A DNA stretch of 64,000 nt from Laetmonice hystrix (lineage: Eukaryota). The number at the start of each line of letters is the position of its first letter. The first letter of the stretch is position 1. This document shows, in pieces, positions 12,282-25,825 of the stretch. The notes below the pieces were generated by a model. It saw only the letters and a program-made list of their open reading frames with translations. It had not been told where the DNA came from and did no database searches. The stretch is from NCBI GenBank assembly GCA_965235115.1, contig OZ249436.1:21330001-21394000 (forward strand), in the 5' to 3' direction. A program made the translations under genes and the position numbers.

Positions 12282-15200
12282 TCGCCGTGATGACCTGCCG
12301 AGCTCGACCACAACCCCTGACCTATATTGAACCCGGGGGGTGGGTGGGGGGAGTGGCACCGCTCGGGTACCTCTCACACAACATTACCCTACATCCTTGA
12401 ACAAAAAAAAACGTTCTTGTTTCGCCAAAAGAAACTTGCATTAAATTTAAACGATAAAATGAGACGTGACAAAGCTCTGATAAAAAGATAGCGTGGATAT
12501 ATTTATCATTGCCACACCATGTTTATCTATATTGCCGATAAAAAAAGAGTTGCCTTTGTGGCTGACATAGGCGACAGCTATTACAAACCATTCAGTGTAT
12601 ACGCTCTATCATTTCAGTCGGGGCTGAATTCGTATCTTGGCTATTGAATTCATTCATTCTATTGCAAAGCAAGTCCCCGTGTAGTATAGTCTGAATGACT
12701 GGGCTGTGTACTGCCTGTCGCACTATAATAACTAATTGAGTACGAAAGCATGTGTTGTGACTTTTTGCTCTATCATGCAATGTCTGGCTATAGTTGTGTT
12801 GTGTTAAATGTTGCAGGACATGGCGTTCATATTGCCAATCAACTCGCTCGGTCATCGTGAAGTACGTGAAGGGCAAGCAGCGGTAAATCTGTCACTCGGC
12901 TAGGTGTCACACAAAATATCACCGCCAGGTTCTGTCCGGGGGGCGGGGGTCTATAAAACCTCATCTATACCGGAACCTGGGACCCGGAGATAACGAGATG
13001 GGTTCCTTCAATTCTTGTCTAATTTAACTTCTTTATCATGCTAAAAACAAACTCAAACGCCCACTTCGGGTTCTCTCAGTGTCCATATAATATATACCCC
13101 GCCAACCCGCCACCTTCTCTGTTCTATAGAAGACCACCCTCAAGTCTTACATCCAGTCCCGTATGGACGAACCAAGGTCACTTATCGCCGACAATCTAGG
13201 CTAAGATGTATAATCTACGTGCGAGAGGTGACGTTCTCAATATACACCACTTCCGTGGGTAAGAATAAACGACCGGCGTCTCGTTGATATCAGATGTTCA
13301 CAAGTGCCATCAGGAGTCGTTTGTCGAGGGTCTGTCGACAATAGAACCGACCAGCCTCGAGCGATGCTGGCCGACTCCTCAGGCTGAAATGGTCTGGCTG
13401 TACGAGCGGCAGGTGAATTCCTTGTACGGTCAATGAGACTTGGGGTACATTCCGTCTCGGTCGTTCTGATACTCAAACAATACAGGTGTTATTGATGTCC
13501 AACTGGGCAGGTGAAACACCCAAGTATGCCTCTGTCAGAACTTAGAAGTGTACGCTGCCGCAAGGCGTGGTTTGAGGTGTTTTTAAGTCCAGGGTCGAAT
13601 ACCCTAGGGTTACATAGAACCTTTATGTATACAACGTTGAAGAATTGGCACAACATAAAACCTGTTGGTTATAACACTAACACATGCATGACCTTTGGAA
13701 CCATTATTCAGACGTCTTTGACTCGGCAATTATGGATGTCAATGTTATACATAGATGCCACAGTTTCTCAACTGTTTGCAGATACTTCTGTCAGCATAGA
13801 TGTTGTGAAAGGCGAGTCTTGCTGACCAGCAAGCGCCTGCCACTGGCCAATGTTCACCATCAGTAACGAGCAGCATTAACCTGAGGCGACTCAGCGGGGA
13901 GTAAATTCCCAATACTTGTGTATAGTGACCTCTAGAGAACACCAGCCATTGCTCGTGCACACCCCTCACTGCACATTGAGCACACAGTTCTGATCGCATT
14001 GTCGAGGTCCAAAAGTCACGAATTAAGTCGTTAGGAGGTAGGACCACCTCCACTCGCGAGTAAACGTAGCGTGATCTTCGATTAGACAGACCTGTCAAAT
14101 GTCATTTTGTATGAAAGTATAAAGGTATGAACCCCAGATGGTCAGAGCTAAGTTACTAAATTCATGCTTGTGTGCGTCAATATTTCTCCTCAAACGGAGA
14201 ACCCTCAAATATAAAATATAGTTTTATAGATACGCTCAGCAGGAGGCACATTGTAGTTTTGCTTGACTTGGTCTCACACATGTATAGTGTCACACACATG
14301 GATAGAGTCAATAAGAATATAACAGTGGACTGCACGTTCAGCCGCCGCCGACGACGAGACCTTATAATGTGGGTCATTTGATTTCTCCCCCGTTCGCAGT
14401 CAATATGTTTAATGCAGATCGTTACTGATGTGAGGTTGAGATAGTATGACGTCTATAGCAGGCCCCCAAGCCGGGTTGTTCGTTTTGCCGGTACGAAGCT
14501 CCAACCGAGCCCGGCTGCTACTGCTGCTGCTGGTACAGCGGCGGCTGTCGGTGCGACCAGCGCTGCAGGTCATTCAGCCAGCAGCAGCAGCAGCAGCAGC
14601 GCTGCATCTCTGCCAGCATCTCTATCGAGCGCCGCGGCCCCCTCATCGCCGCCCCGCCCGCCTTATCACCCCCGTGCAGGAGGCAGGCTGGGCGGCCTCC
14701 CCCACCGCCTCTCCCAGCACGGGGTCCCGGGTCTGGCCTGCTTGTTGTCCGGCTCAGACTCGCGCTGCCCGTGTACCATCCGACCAGGACACGTGCGGCC
14801 ATATCATTGTCCGTAATCAACAATGCACCTTGTACGATCAGAATTGTCAGCGGGTGAACGCCGGCTCTGTCACAACCCACTGGTCTACTCCCCGTCCTCC
14901 CTCCTCCCTCCGCCGGGAGTGGGTCCGGAGGCTCCCCTCCCGCCCCCTCCCCGCCCGCCGCACGGCCTGATCACGGCTTGTTGTGAAACCCGCGGTAGTC
15001 AAACGACCTGGGACACGGGCGGTGTTTACTCCGGGCAGATAACGGAACCGGGATGTGTTTCTCCTCCGGCCGGGCTGTAAGACCCGACTCGTGGAAGGCC
15101 TATATCACATACCATCCATCTTTAAAACCACTCACCTCTGTCAATATTATCCTCGCCCTCAATCCACCTTGTCCCTATATAAACTGTTGACATTTTTTTT

Positions 15201-18200
15201 ACCTTGCGGTAAACAGAAAACACATATAGAGAGGGGTATTGTGTTTGCTGACCTATGTCGTTCTCTGCGGGCAGGAGTGACTGACGGAAGGGGCAATTGG
15301 CAACCGATTTCTGTTACTAGCACATGTTGACACTCGGCACTCGAGCCACGAGTACGGTGTCACCCGCCAACACTCCATGTACAAAGGCACCGGTTGACAC
15401 ATGACATTTTACCGACAAGCCAAACACACGCCATGTGGGTCTCCGCTACCGGGCTGGCGACGTCCCTGCGACACGAACAACCGGCTGCCACCACGACAAA
15501 CCTCTCTCCAAACACCACCAATTATTGCACTCCAAATCTCCTGAAGCAGCTCCCGTAATTCTATTAACGCGTTGACGAAAACTGGCACTAAATATGGAAT
15601 TTTCAAACAAGGGCTGATCGGATTATATTAATAGCTAATACCGGTTGGGTTTGGCATAATGATGTGTGCAGAGTAATGCGTTCATTCCCTCAGGTGGTAA
15701 ACAATGCAATATGGTCGGAAAGGATAATCAGGGACGAATTAAAATGAAATCAAGCGACGACAAAATAACCGCTCCCCAGTGTAAACGTCAGGGAGAGAGT
15801 GGGAATAATTTAGTCGACGGTTGTTCCATTAGGTCCTATAGTCAGAGTGGCGCTTAGCTTTTGTATTGTCAAATTATGGGGCGCGTCTCCCGTTGGCAGT
15901 GACAGGTATAGAGAGGGTGGGTTGAGGGGACACAGGGGGTGGAGTAGGTGGGTTCCATTAAAGACACGCGATGTTTAGATGGATTGGTACCAAAAGAGAA
16001 GAGGGTGTGGTTTTATTGCGGTCGGGAATGAGGTTTCCGAGGGGGGAGAGCGGACCTTTGGGACTGACCGGGGTGGCGTGGGGTACGGCGGCCGGGGGAG
16101 GGGGAGGGAGGGCCGGGCGACACCCGCATGCTCCCCGCCGATCGCCACGCGGCCTCCCCGCCGCACGGCCCTCCCCCCGCCCGCCGCACGGCCCTCTCCC
16201 ACCCGCCGCACGGCCCTCTCCCACCCGCCGCCGGTAATTGCCCATGTATCGTCCCCAATGCACACCCGTCCCCCACCTGACTGCTAGCTTGGTGTTGGCA
16301 CGAGCACCGGGGTGGATGATATAGTGAAACAGGGTTGTTATTTGGTCGTCCGTTTGGAAACTTAACCCGACCAACCGGGTTTTTATAGCCGGTATAGCCG
16401 GACAAAGACGGCGGCCGTTGTGGCCCGGTTTGTGATGGTCCTGCCCTCCCGTCACAACCTTCAAGTCAACGCCTTCTCTACCGTCAACCGGCTCCCAACA
16501 AACTCCTCCATGGGCAAGGACCATTGACAGGGTTTCAAGTTTACCTGAACTCGCCAGTGGACACCAGCAACATTCTCCCAACACGTTACACTCAATGACA
16601 AGTCAACCACTAGTATTCTCCCAACCCGCTACTATTCGAGCTCCGTTGTTGACAAGCACGGTGGTGGAACCACTCTCTGCAGCCACCTGCTTGGATGAAT
16701 CCTTTGATAGGAGACAATAGTTCTTTTATCTCTGTCATCGAGCGTGTGACAGTATCAACAGTATGGACTTCGCGGCGATATAAGTGCCGTTAGACGTCAA
16801 CTCTAACCCTTCGTTCCCTTCCGCTACACTTACCCCCACCGTTCCACCCCCACCCCCTCTTCTTCTCGTATCAACTCCAACTTTTTTCATTATCATGAAG
16901 TGGTTTAAGTAGACCACTTCAAAAAAAGACAAGCATGAAGTCGAGATGTCCAACACCGTAACGTGAAGATAGAAATTAAGTTATCAATAAGTAGAATTAT
17001 TTGAAAAGGCGGAATATACATAAACGGGTGAATGAGACTAGAATACAAAGTGTGCATGATGTGGTGTATGATGTTGGTAACCCACCTCTGGTGTCGACCG
17101 GGGCGTAGTACCGGTCGGGCGTTACTGTCCACATACTTCCTGGCATATCGCGACCAAACATCGTCTTGGGTTTTATAAAAATATATAATGATCACGCTGA
17201 AGTGGTACTCCTAATGTCCGTATTTATGTACGGCGATGGTTCCGTACAAGACCTCTATGTCCTCGTCAAGATCGCCTACAGAGAAAGGCCGGTGTCACAA
17301 GCGGTATTCCATGGTAGACGGTTAACCCGGCAAACTGTGGTCTATACAAGGTGCAGTAGGCACACAGCCAGCCGTGGGACACTTGGGTAAAGTATACTCC
17401 CCTGATGTCAGAACACTCTGCTACATTGAACCCAACTGAAGCAGACAAGCTGCAGTCAAAGAGGGAAAAGCAGGCGACCAGCTATAGCTAAGGAAGCAAC
17501 CAACATGTTGGGTGTTCACTAGTGTTAGGGCTGCCTATACGGTAGGGCGACTTTCACCGTTGGTTGAGTACGGCCCGACTGTCGGATGGCATGCTATCTG
17601 ACCGCCGAGTATATTGTCTCGTCGGTGGGGCGGTCGGTATAAGAACCGCCAATTAAGTCAAGCACTGATGTGCCCCGGCCTTACCAGTACAGCTCCTAAA
17701 GGACCTATACCGTGCACACATTAGCAGCCCCGGTGAAATCGTCAACCAACCAGGCGGCAGTCAGCAACACGCCCCACGGTTGGCTGCCCCCGCCGGGCAA
17801 GGGTGGCGGGGGGGGGGGGGTGATGAAACCCATCTCGTAACCCCCACAGGTATAGGCTATACCCCCTCCCATCCCTGTACCCCCTACCCCCACCACTCAC
17901 CCAACCCTCTCCTGATTCAGTTGACTGCACTAAAATACACACGATGACGTTTGTAACTGTCGCCTTTAAAGATTGCATGGAAAATGGAGTCCGGGATTGT
18001 GTGACGCGACGTGTCAATTTAAAGTGATACTCTGAGGGTTGGGGTGATTGGGGGAAACGTTCTGAGAACACCCACCTCACCCCACAACACACCCACCCAC
18101 ACACCCACACCCCACAACACACCCACCCACACACCCACACCTCCAGAAGACAGTCAGGCATTCCGTACAGTTAGGGGAAACTCCATAACTTTGCCAGACA

Positions 18201-18614
18201 TAACTCAGAAGACCCAGAGGTTTTCCACGTCGCGCGAAATTCCGTGGAGCGGAACTCAAATTCCGGGCAGCTAAGGGACAACGGGATTTGGTTATCAGTA
18301 AACTCCAGCATATTTTCCGTTTGAAAATAATTAATAACATACACTGCAGATATACAGAGCTCCAATCAGTAGGGCCTCATTAACTCGTTATAATTATATT
18401 GGTCTTCAGTCCCCTGTATCTTTGATATCCTTCAGAGAACAGCTGGAATTCGATAGGCTGGTAAAGGTTAGAGCTATTAGGTGCTGGCACATCTTTTATG
18501 CAAATACGCCAATACCATAGTTATTAACTATAGGCCTACGTCAATTTTGAATTCTGAAAACATAACACGTGTGCATGAAGATGTGATGTCCTTGACGACA
18601 AGAGGTATGTGCAC

Positions 18615-19047
18615 GAAGTTATGGATATGATTTCCTATTATAACATGAAGTTATGGACATGGTTTCCTATATCATAAAATTATGGACATGGTTTCCTATT
18701 ATATCATGAAGTTATAGACATGATTTCCTATTATAACATGAAGTTATGGACATGGTTTCCTATATCATAAAATTATGGACATGGTTTCCTATATCATGAA
18801 ATTACGGACACGGTTTCCTATTATATGATGAAATTATGGACATGGTTTCCTATATCATGAAATTATGGACATGCATGGTTTCCTATTATATCATGAAGTT
18901 ATGGACATGGTTTCCTATTATATCATGAAGTGATGAACATGGTTTCCTATTATATCATGAAGTGATGGACATGATTTCCTATTATATCATGAAGTTATAG
19001 ACATGGTTTCCTATTATATCATAAATTTATGGACATGGTTTCCTATT
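18615..19047. repeat. AT-rich 30-33-bp minisatellite, ~13 copies
   Basis: Unit CATGAARTTATGGACATGGTTTCCTAT(TAT)AT with length variants. Confidence 0.93.
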
Positions 19048-20783
19048 ACGACACGTGACAAAAATATTAAACATCTCTCGAGGGCTGTGCACAATTTTCA
19101 TAGAGCTAATTTCCTAAACACAAGTCTCTAAAAACGATACTTTTAATTGAAGTTATCTATTTGTCTTCAGAAACGAAATAATCAATGAGAGTCCACTATA
19201 CGAGCGGGTCGTCAAGTTGTCCAGAAAGCTGGCCGTTGTCCGGCTTCAGCTTGTGACGGCTATAGCTCTGTATAAGTGGGTCAGAACGAGGCGCCCCGTT
19301 CTATCAGGTGTCAGGCAGTGGGGGGTAGGAGATCCGGCCAAGTCGACCGGCTATAGTCACCGCCCGCCGCCTGACAGCCTCTGTGGGACCGGCACAAAAT
19401 GATAGATACGATTGCGAGGCCGGCACAGGTGAACGTGACCTGGGTGCCGTTATAGCAGCCATGGCCACCCACCCGCCTGCCCGCCCGGTGGGTCGGTATT
19501 CGGCCAGTTGGTCGGCCTCCCGACCACGGCCCCGGACCGTCTCCACCGGCCGGCCGGGTGCTGCAGGCACGCGGCCGCGGCGGTCACTCGGGAGTCGGGC
19601 CGCCGTCCAACTTGGCACCCGACCCTACGAACTGACCAGTGGTCACCACCGCATCCAAGTGTTCAGCTGACGGTCAAACATCTCAGGCCAAAACCCCCGG
19701 GGATATGTTAACCATGGCCATCGTCCATGGAATCTAGCGATGTCATTAAAAACGGCACTGTATATATTGGATTGGGCCAAACACCGCGGCCAGACATTAA
19801 AGGCCTGATTATAGATACACACTGTACGTACCTAGTTTGGCTAGAAAAGCCAAGGCGTGTTGAACCTCGGCCAAGTAGGTGTAACTGATATCATATGCAG
19901 CCATCAGTGTTGTATATCGGAGTATGTGATCTCTATAGGAGGTCTCGGTCCGAGGAGAGAAACAGACGTCTGGGTGGTAACGATTCACAAAGTCTTCACT
20001 CTCGTCTCCTCTCTCAGCTGAGCAACTCTGGCTGAGCAACTCTGCGCGCACTGTGGCTATACGTTGCCAGAAGCTTTGTCCATCTGCAGGCACAACCACA
20101 CTGCCACTGCCTCCTGCGTGTGCAAAACCAACTTAACCAGTGTTTCCACGCCATCTAAATGACTAAAAAGGCCCGGTTCATTTACCTGCAGCTTTCTGCG
20201 GCGCCGTGAACGCGAGCTTCGTTAACAAGTTGGCCGTTCTGCCGGCCCGGCCGCTCGGCCTGCCCGCCGTCCGGTAACGAAATTCGGCCGCATCCGGCAG
20301 ACAGGTAATTGTTTTTGCCCATCTCATATGCAACTCTACAACTCTGGTGCCCGTGGCGAGCCAGGCAATGTCTCTCTACAAAGACGTGGTGGGGAGGGAG
20401 GGGGATCGAATAGGGTGTGTGTGGGGGGGGGGGAGGGTGATATGGTATGTTTACAACCTGCTGTCATTCACCAACGTACATACAGATTCCGGTACTGTGT
20501 CCCCGCCACCCAATTATAAAATTTGAAAAAAATGCACTTCTGTCGGCCTATATGAATGCAATTTGTTATAGGGGCTCAGCCCTACGACAGAGTCTGTGGC
20601 ATATCAATGTGCTTGAACCCATAATGTCAATATGGGTGCCATATTGTTTGGGAGGGGGGAGGGTTGATGCAACATCGTCAGCAACTCTATAGGCCTAATA
20701 CATTATACCTACGCCTAAATGATGTCAAACCGCAAGTGAGTAGGACAGGTGGTGTTGGCCTGCGCGGTGTTAAAGGTACTTAC

Positions 20784-20984
20784 TTTTACAGGAGTGGAAA
20801 TACTCCATCATGGTCCTGTTATGATGGTAGCGGTAGGATGTGGTAAGATCCATGGCCGGGTCAGGATGGACGGATGGCGGGGGCGCAGAACCCCACGGCC
20901 CGGCGGGGCCCGGGTACTGGTGGTGGGCCAGACTCGCCATCATTATACGTTCGTCTCCGACACCTCCTCCAGTACGTGACTCCA
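20784..20984 (-). CDS. Pax2/5/8: Pax2/5/8 N-terminal exon (proximal first exon and/or 201-bp phase 1-1 cassette)
   Basis: Encodes ...MMASLAHHQYPGPAGPWGSAPPPSVHPDPAMDLTTSYRYHHNRTMMEYFHSCK and ends at a consensus donor AAA A|gtaagt (20784/20783). It is phase 1 and joins in frame to the paired exon (CK-S-HGGVNQ). MEYFHSCK parallels vertebrate PAX2 MDMHCK. In-frame ATGs at 20943, 20940 and 20853; pyrimidine-rich acceptor ccttctctaccag|TG at 20985/20984. Confidence 0.85.
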
Positions 20985-21239
20985 CTGGTAGAGAAGGTAA
21001 GGTCCAGGCCGAGCTCTAGCCAGCGCAGTCAGCCTATAGGTGTGTATGGGTGGTCGTTGGTGCACCCAATGTGGCTGGTGTTGTTGATGTTATGTTGGAC
21101 CTGCTGCTGCAGCTGCTGCTGCTGATGATAATGATGGTGGCAGGGATGAAGCTACTGCTCCTGCCGCCGCCGCCGCTTCACGGTGGTTGGACCGTTGACA
21201 CGGGTAGCGGGTGGGGGGCGGTGGGGCGGTCGGCCTGGG

Positions 21240-21820
21240 TGGCGGCTATGGTCGGCTGGTCAGTATATCAGTCTCCGGGACTCTGCCTGATCACTCGCCG
21301 TGCGTGGAGTGCCAAGTCAGCGTGACGTGTGTCTCTCCGAGTCGTGTGTGACTAGCTCTCTCCCGAGGACGTCCCTATACCGTGTACGGTGAGAGTATAT
21401 AGACCGGACCCAGGCCGGCTCTCTCCCGGGGTGATTAGACTGTGAGTGGTGGTTTTGACGGCCACTGCTGGGCCCGCTGAACGGTCAGGCACTGATCATA
21501 CAACCAGCCTCAGTATCAACTGTATACGGCGACGATCGCTTCACTACCAACTGCGCGTCACTGCTCACGCCGTTATCTGGTCGTGCGTCGCGCGCGCGCA
21601 TTCTAATATAATTGGCAGAGCGCGAGCGCGCCCGCCCAAATTGCCGTGCCCCGTGGCGATCGAGCACGGGAAAAGTCACTCCTATTGATCGGGCGTTCCC
21701 GCCTCGCGGGCCTGGCCCACTTGCCGCCCCAACACCGCTGATTGTGCCTTTCAACGGGTCACGTGACCAGTCCAATTTCCAATCTCGTGCCTGCTGGCGT
21801 GACGGGCGACCAGATTAACG
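21240..21820 (-). promoter_or_regulatory. CpG-rich putative promoter of the proximal Pax2/5/8 first exon
   Basis: Dense CG/CGCG; CCAAT boxes (ATTGG 21611-21615, CCAAT ~21772 and ~21779); 12-bp palindromic E-box GGTCACGTGACC at 21757-21768; lies immediately 5' of the 20784-20984 exon. Confidence 0.55.
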
Positions 21821-24017
21821 TTATTAATAGACGACCGAGGATATACGATAATCTCATGTCAGCCCATACCTCCTCACTCACAGCATTTCTTCCTTTTTAT
21901 TTTGTTTTTTATTAGATATTATGATTATCAGCATAATCAACATATTTCTATTCTCTTCCCTCTCCCCTCTCTCCTTCTTAGGTCTGTTTATTGTAAAGAA
22001 GTTATAGTCTCAACACTATTAGAGTTGTATAGAACACACACTGTATATACCAGTCAGCGGAACAACCTTCACTGTATATAGTAGAACTATATATAACTCC
22101 CATTTACTGGTCATCATGCAGGTGTTGAAATTAAGCACCAGAGGATATTGTTGTAGAAGTCGGACAATGTTCCAGCCTCTAGTTTCTTTCAGCAAGAATC
22201 TGTCACGAGTGACAGAGTTGTCCTCAAGTTTTAGTTGTTAAGATCCGTTCTGCAACTTGCCTTGATTGTTACACATACAGCACAATGCCGTGTGATTTTT
22301 ATATGTCACTGGAGGGAAGCTAATCGGTGGTAATATTTCTTTGAACGGATGATTCATGGCGTAGAAGATGTGAGAGTCGACAGTTTTGGACAATAGGAAA
22401 GTATTAAAGTACCCACTCACAATAAACCAACCGACCCATGACGTCAGTACTCGGCATTCACCAGTAACACTGTAATCATACCAGGCATAAATAATGTGCC
22501 GACTTTATTGTTCTGATTAGAAGTTGTATTTCCTGCACAGTGCTGGGTTAACACCTGTGTATTGGTGTGAGAGGAGGGATAGGATATACCCGTGTGAACG
22601 TGAGAACGGTATACGGGTTGGAGGGGTGAGTAGTATATGGCAAGTTACCGTTAAATCAGGCCTTAAACCGTGAAATAATAAGCCCGGTGTGAATGGAGAC
22701 CCAAATATATACAAGCCAGGTTTTTTTCTAATAATGCATGTATAAGAGAGCCCGAGTCAGTCCCCTTCATCACACAAGTGTCGTGACATTTATATTTGGG
22801 TTCGGTGACTGTCACAATGTTCTGTAGATCCAATAGTGAACAGGGTTCCTATAGTCATTGGTGGCTTTAACCACTTTCTGGGCTGAATCTTTGGTGAGAA
22901 ATATTGTCAACTCTAAGTATAGCTTATTTTGTGTAGGTGGGGAAATGGTTGAGTGCGTCAACAGCAATTAGATTCATAGATATACACAACAGTTAAGTCA
23001 GTATATATTGAAAGGTGATACCAATAATTATTATCAAGTATTGCTTTGGTGTCATTATTTGTCCAAGGGAATAATTATTTCTATTTTTGTATAATTCATT
23101 CGCAATTCTGGTGCGCCAAGTCCTGCATGGCCCAATGTGTTATAATAGATTTTTGGAACATGATTGTATATTGGGTCAAACGATGAGTAAACGTGTCTCA
23201 TATCGTTTGAGCATTCATGTTATCAAACAGTTGTTTAACCACATGGGCTGATTGCATAGCTGATGATGTTCGCTACTACACCATCAAATATTGACTAACA
23301 CTTCCAACCAATTAGCCCAAAGTGTCCGAGCCATCGGAAAGTCGGACTGATTTGTCGCCGAGAGGTCATTATTGTAACAACTGCTTGTCGGCACCAAATT
23401 ATACACAGGGATGGTCAAATGGTGTACGGTTTGAGCCGGAAGACAAACAGCGATGTGACTGGTGTTGGAAGTGAGAGGGGTGGGTCGTGCTAATCAGCGT
23501 CACGCTGGGCTGGAGCCGGGCGGGGTACGGCGGGAGGGGTGGGGGTATGGTGGGGGGTACGGCGGGCGGCGGGCCGGTGAATGACAATCGGGCAACGATC
23601 GATAGGTGGCGCTGCATGTCTCGGTCGCCACTTATATGGTTATGGCACGACAGCAATATGGCGCGACCGCCGCCGGCTAAGAAATGACACCAAAATGGAC
23701 GCCAAATTGCACGCCGGTCGTCGTGTATCAATTAAACAAATTAATTTCTATAATTTATTGGTCGTGAATTATTGAGCGAAGCTTGTTGTGCGAGGATCGT
23801 ATACAGAGGAGCGGTGAAACGAGGGTAAGCACGTGTCTATTGTGGTCGGGTCCCGCCCCGGTCAGGTGTAACAGAAACAAGGCACGTCGGCACGGCCCCA
23901 GACGACCGACTCCAGGTGTCACGGGCGGGCGTCGGCCGTGGTAACAACAAAACCTTTGTCACTATACACAGCACAGAGAGACGACAGCGGTCTCCGCCCC
24001 TTCTCGATACAACCACC

Positions 24018-24487
24018 GCCTCCTTCTCCCTCCCACTCCTCCTCCCCCTCCTCCCATTCCTCCTCCCCTCCTCCCTACTCGTCCTCCTACTTCCCCTACT
24101 CCACCTCCTCCTCCCCTCCTATTATACTCCCCCTCCTGCTCCCCCCTCCCCCTCCTCCTCCTCCTACTTCTCCCCCTTCTCCACCTCCTCCTCTACCCCC
24201 TCCTCCACCTCCTCCCCTCCTCCCCTCCTATAGATCTATACTCCCCGTCCACCCCCTCCTCCTCCCCCTCCTTCTCCTCCTCCCCCTCGTTCTACTTCTC
24301 CCCCTCGTTCTTCTTCTCCCTCTCCTCCCCCTCCTCCCCTCGTTCTACTTCTCCCCCTCCTCCCCCTCCTCCTCTCCTCCTCCCCCTCCTCCCACTCACC
24401 CTCCTCCTCCCCCCTCCTCCACCCTTCCCCCCCTCCCCCTCCCCCACCCCTCCTCATCCTCCTCCTCATCATCATCATCCACCTCCT
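24018..24487. repeat. Polypyrimidine (CCT/CCCCT)n low-complexity tract
   Basis: ~470 bp almost exclusively C/T on the + strand; yields spurious Pro/Leu/Ser and Gly/Glu/Arg ORFs. Confidence 0.95.
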
Positions 24488-25825
24488 ACATTATAGTTCT
24501 GACATATGTTTAACTGGGTTGCCACCATTTATCTCCGAGAGAGAAAAAATGGCATGACATCCTTCAATAGCGTTCGTCGCTGACGGTGTAATAGTCTCTG
24601 GCTAATTCATGAACAACGTCAACCGACTCGATCCATCACTGAGCTTCGCTACCGCCGACTCGCAGAAAACCGACCGACCCATATAGATGCTGCGCTCTAA
24701 TGTCTTATTTTGCCCCTAGCCATGTGACGCAAAGCCTAGTACCTTGTCGGGAGCCTATAGCAGCAAAAACGGTCTTTTCTGATTCCTACAAGGTCGATGA
24801 AAAAAAATCAAAGAAAACGACCGAAAATTGTTTTATAGTATTCGTCACGCCGTCACAATTTCATTTCTATGGCGATTGGTGGGAAACGGGTGTGCGGGGC
24901 GGAGATAAATCTAATCAAAGAGGAAGCGACGAGGCCTGGGAATTACCAACGACAGACCGAATCCATCATGCTCCATGAAGGTATTTCTACCGTGTGCCTG
25001 CCGCGTCAACGTCCAAATTACGATTAATTTGCCGCCCTGTCTACATGAGGAATCCACTACTGTGTATACAAGCGATGGGCCAGGATGTTAGACTGATGGT
25101 TGGCACAGTCCTTGAACTCTTAATTCTGATCTCTGAAACACAGAACATCCTGCACCGGGCAGAGAGCCGGGTGTCCTATTGAAACATGAGGTATACATGC
25201 TCTTGCATGCTCCTGCATGCTATACAGCTGTAATTCAGATATTTAGGGACCTATATATCCATGTCAGTGCGGTCACAACCCATGATTTCTATATACCAAG
25301 CACTGCCCCCTGAAATAGCGCCTTGTTTTGGGTTTCTATACGTATACAAGCAGTGTACGCCCCCCGCCCGCGGCGTGCTTACAACGGTTGTCCACAGAGA
25401 ACAAACTGCCATATTCCGCTGCCTCCACGGCCCACAGCTCCTGCGGGAGCCCAGCTCGGTGCTCACACAACCAGGGACCTGCATGATATCGGAGGATGGG
25501 TCTAATACATCATCGGGGGCAGCGGCAGCCGGGGAGCGATAACACGTTGCTCAAAGACCGGCACCAGCTCTATCGGGCAGCGACCAGCGTAAACTGGACC
25601 GCCTTTGACCACCGCCCAGCCCGCGTCCAATGGACGCTCGGGGACTGTACAGGAAGCGCCGAGCGCAAGGCACCCTAGGTCGAGGTGTGTGTCCATTCAG
25701 CCGACCTACCCAGTTCCTTTCTTCTCACCTCTCCGTATCGTTCCCATTGGTATAACACCCACACGGGTCAACCAGCCAGAACCACTATACGGCTTGATTC
25801 ATAACAGTATGGAGGCAATCTCAGC

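Noticed and set aside
21030..21180. Poly-Q/H/A coding extension of the proximal Pax exon
   Set aside because: All three minus frames stop before reaching the exon; more likely 5' UTR or intron.
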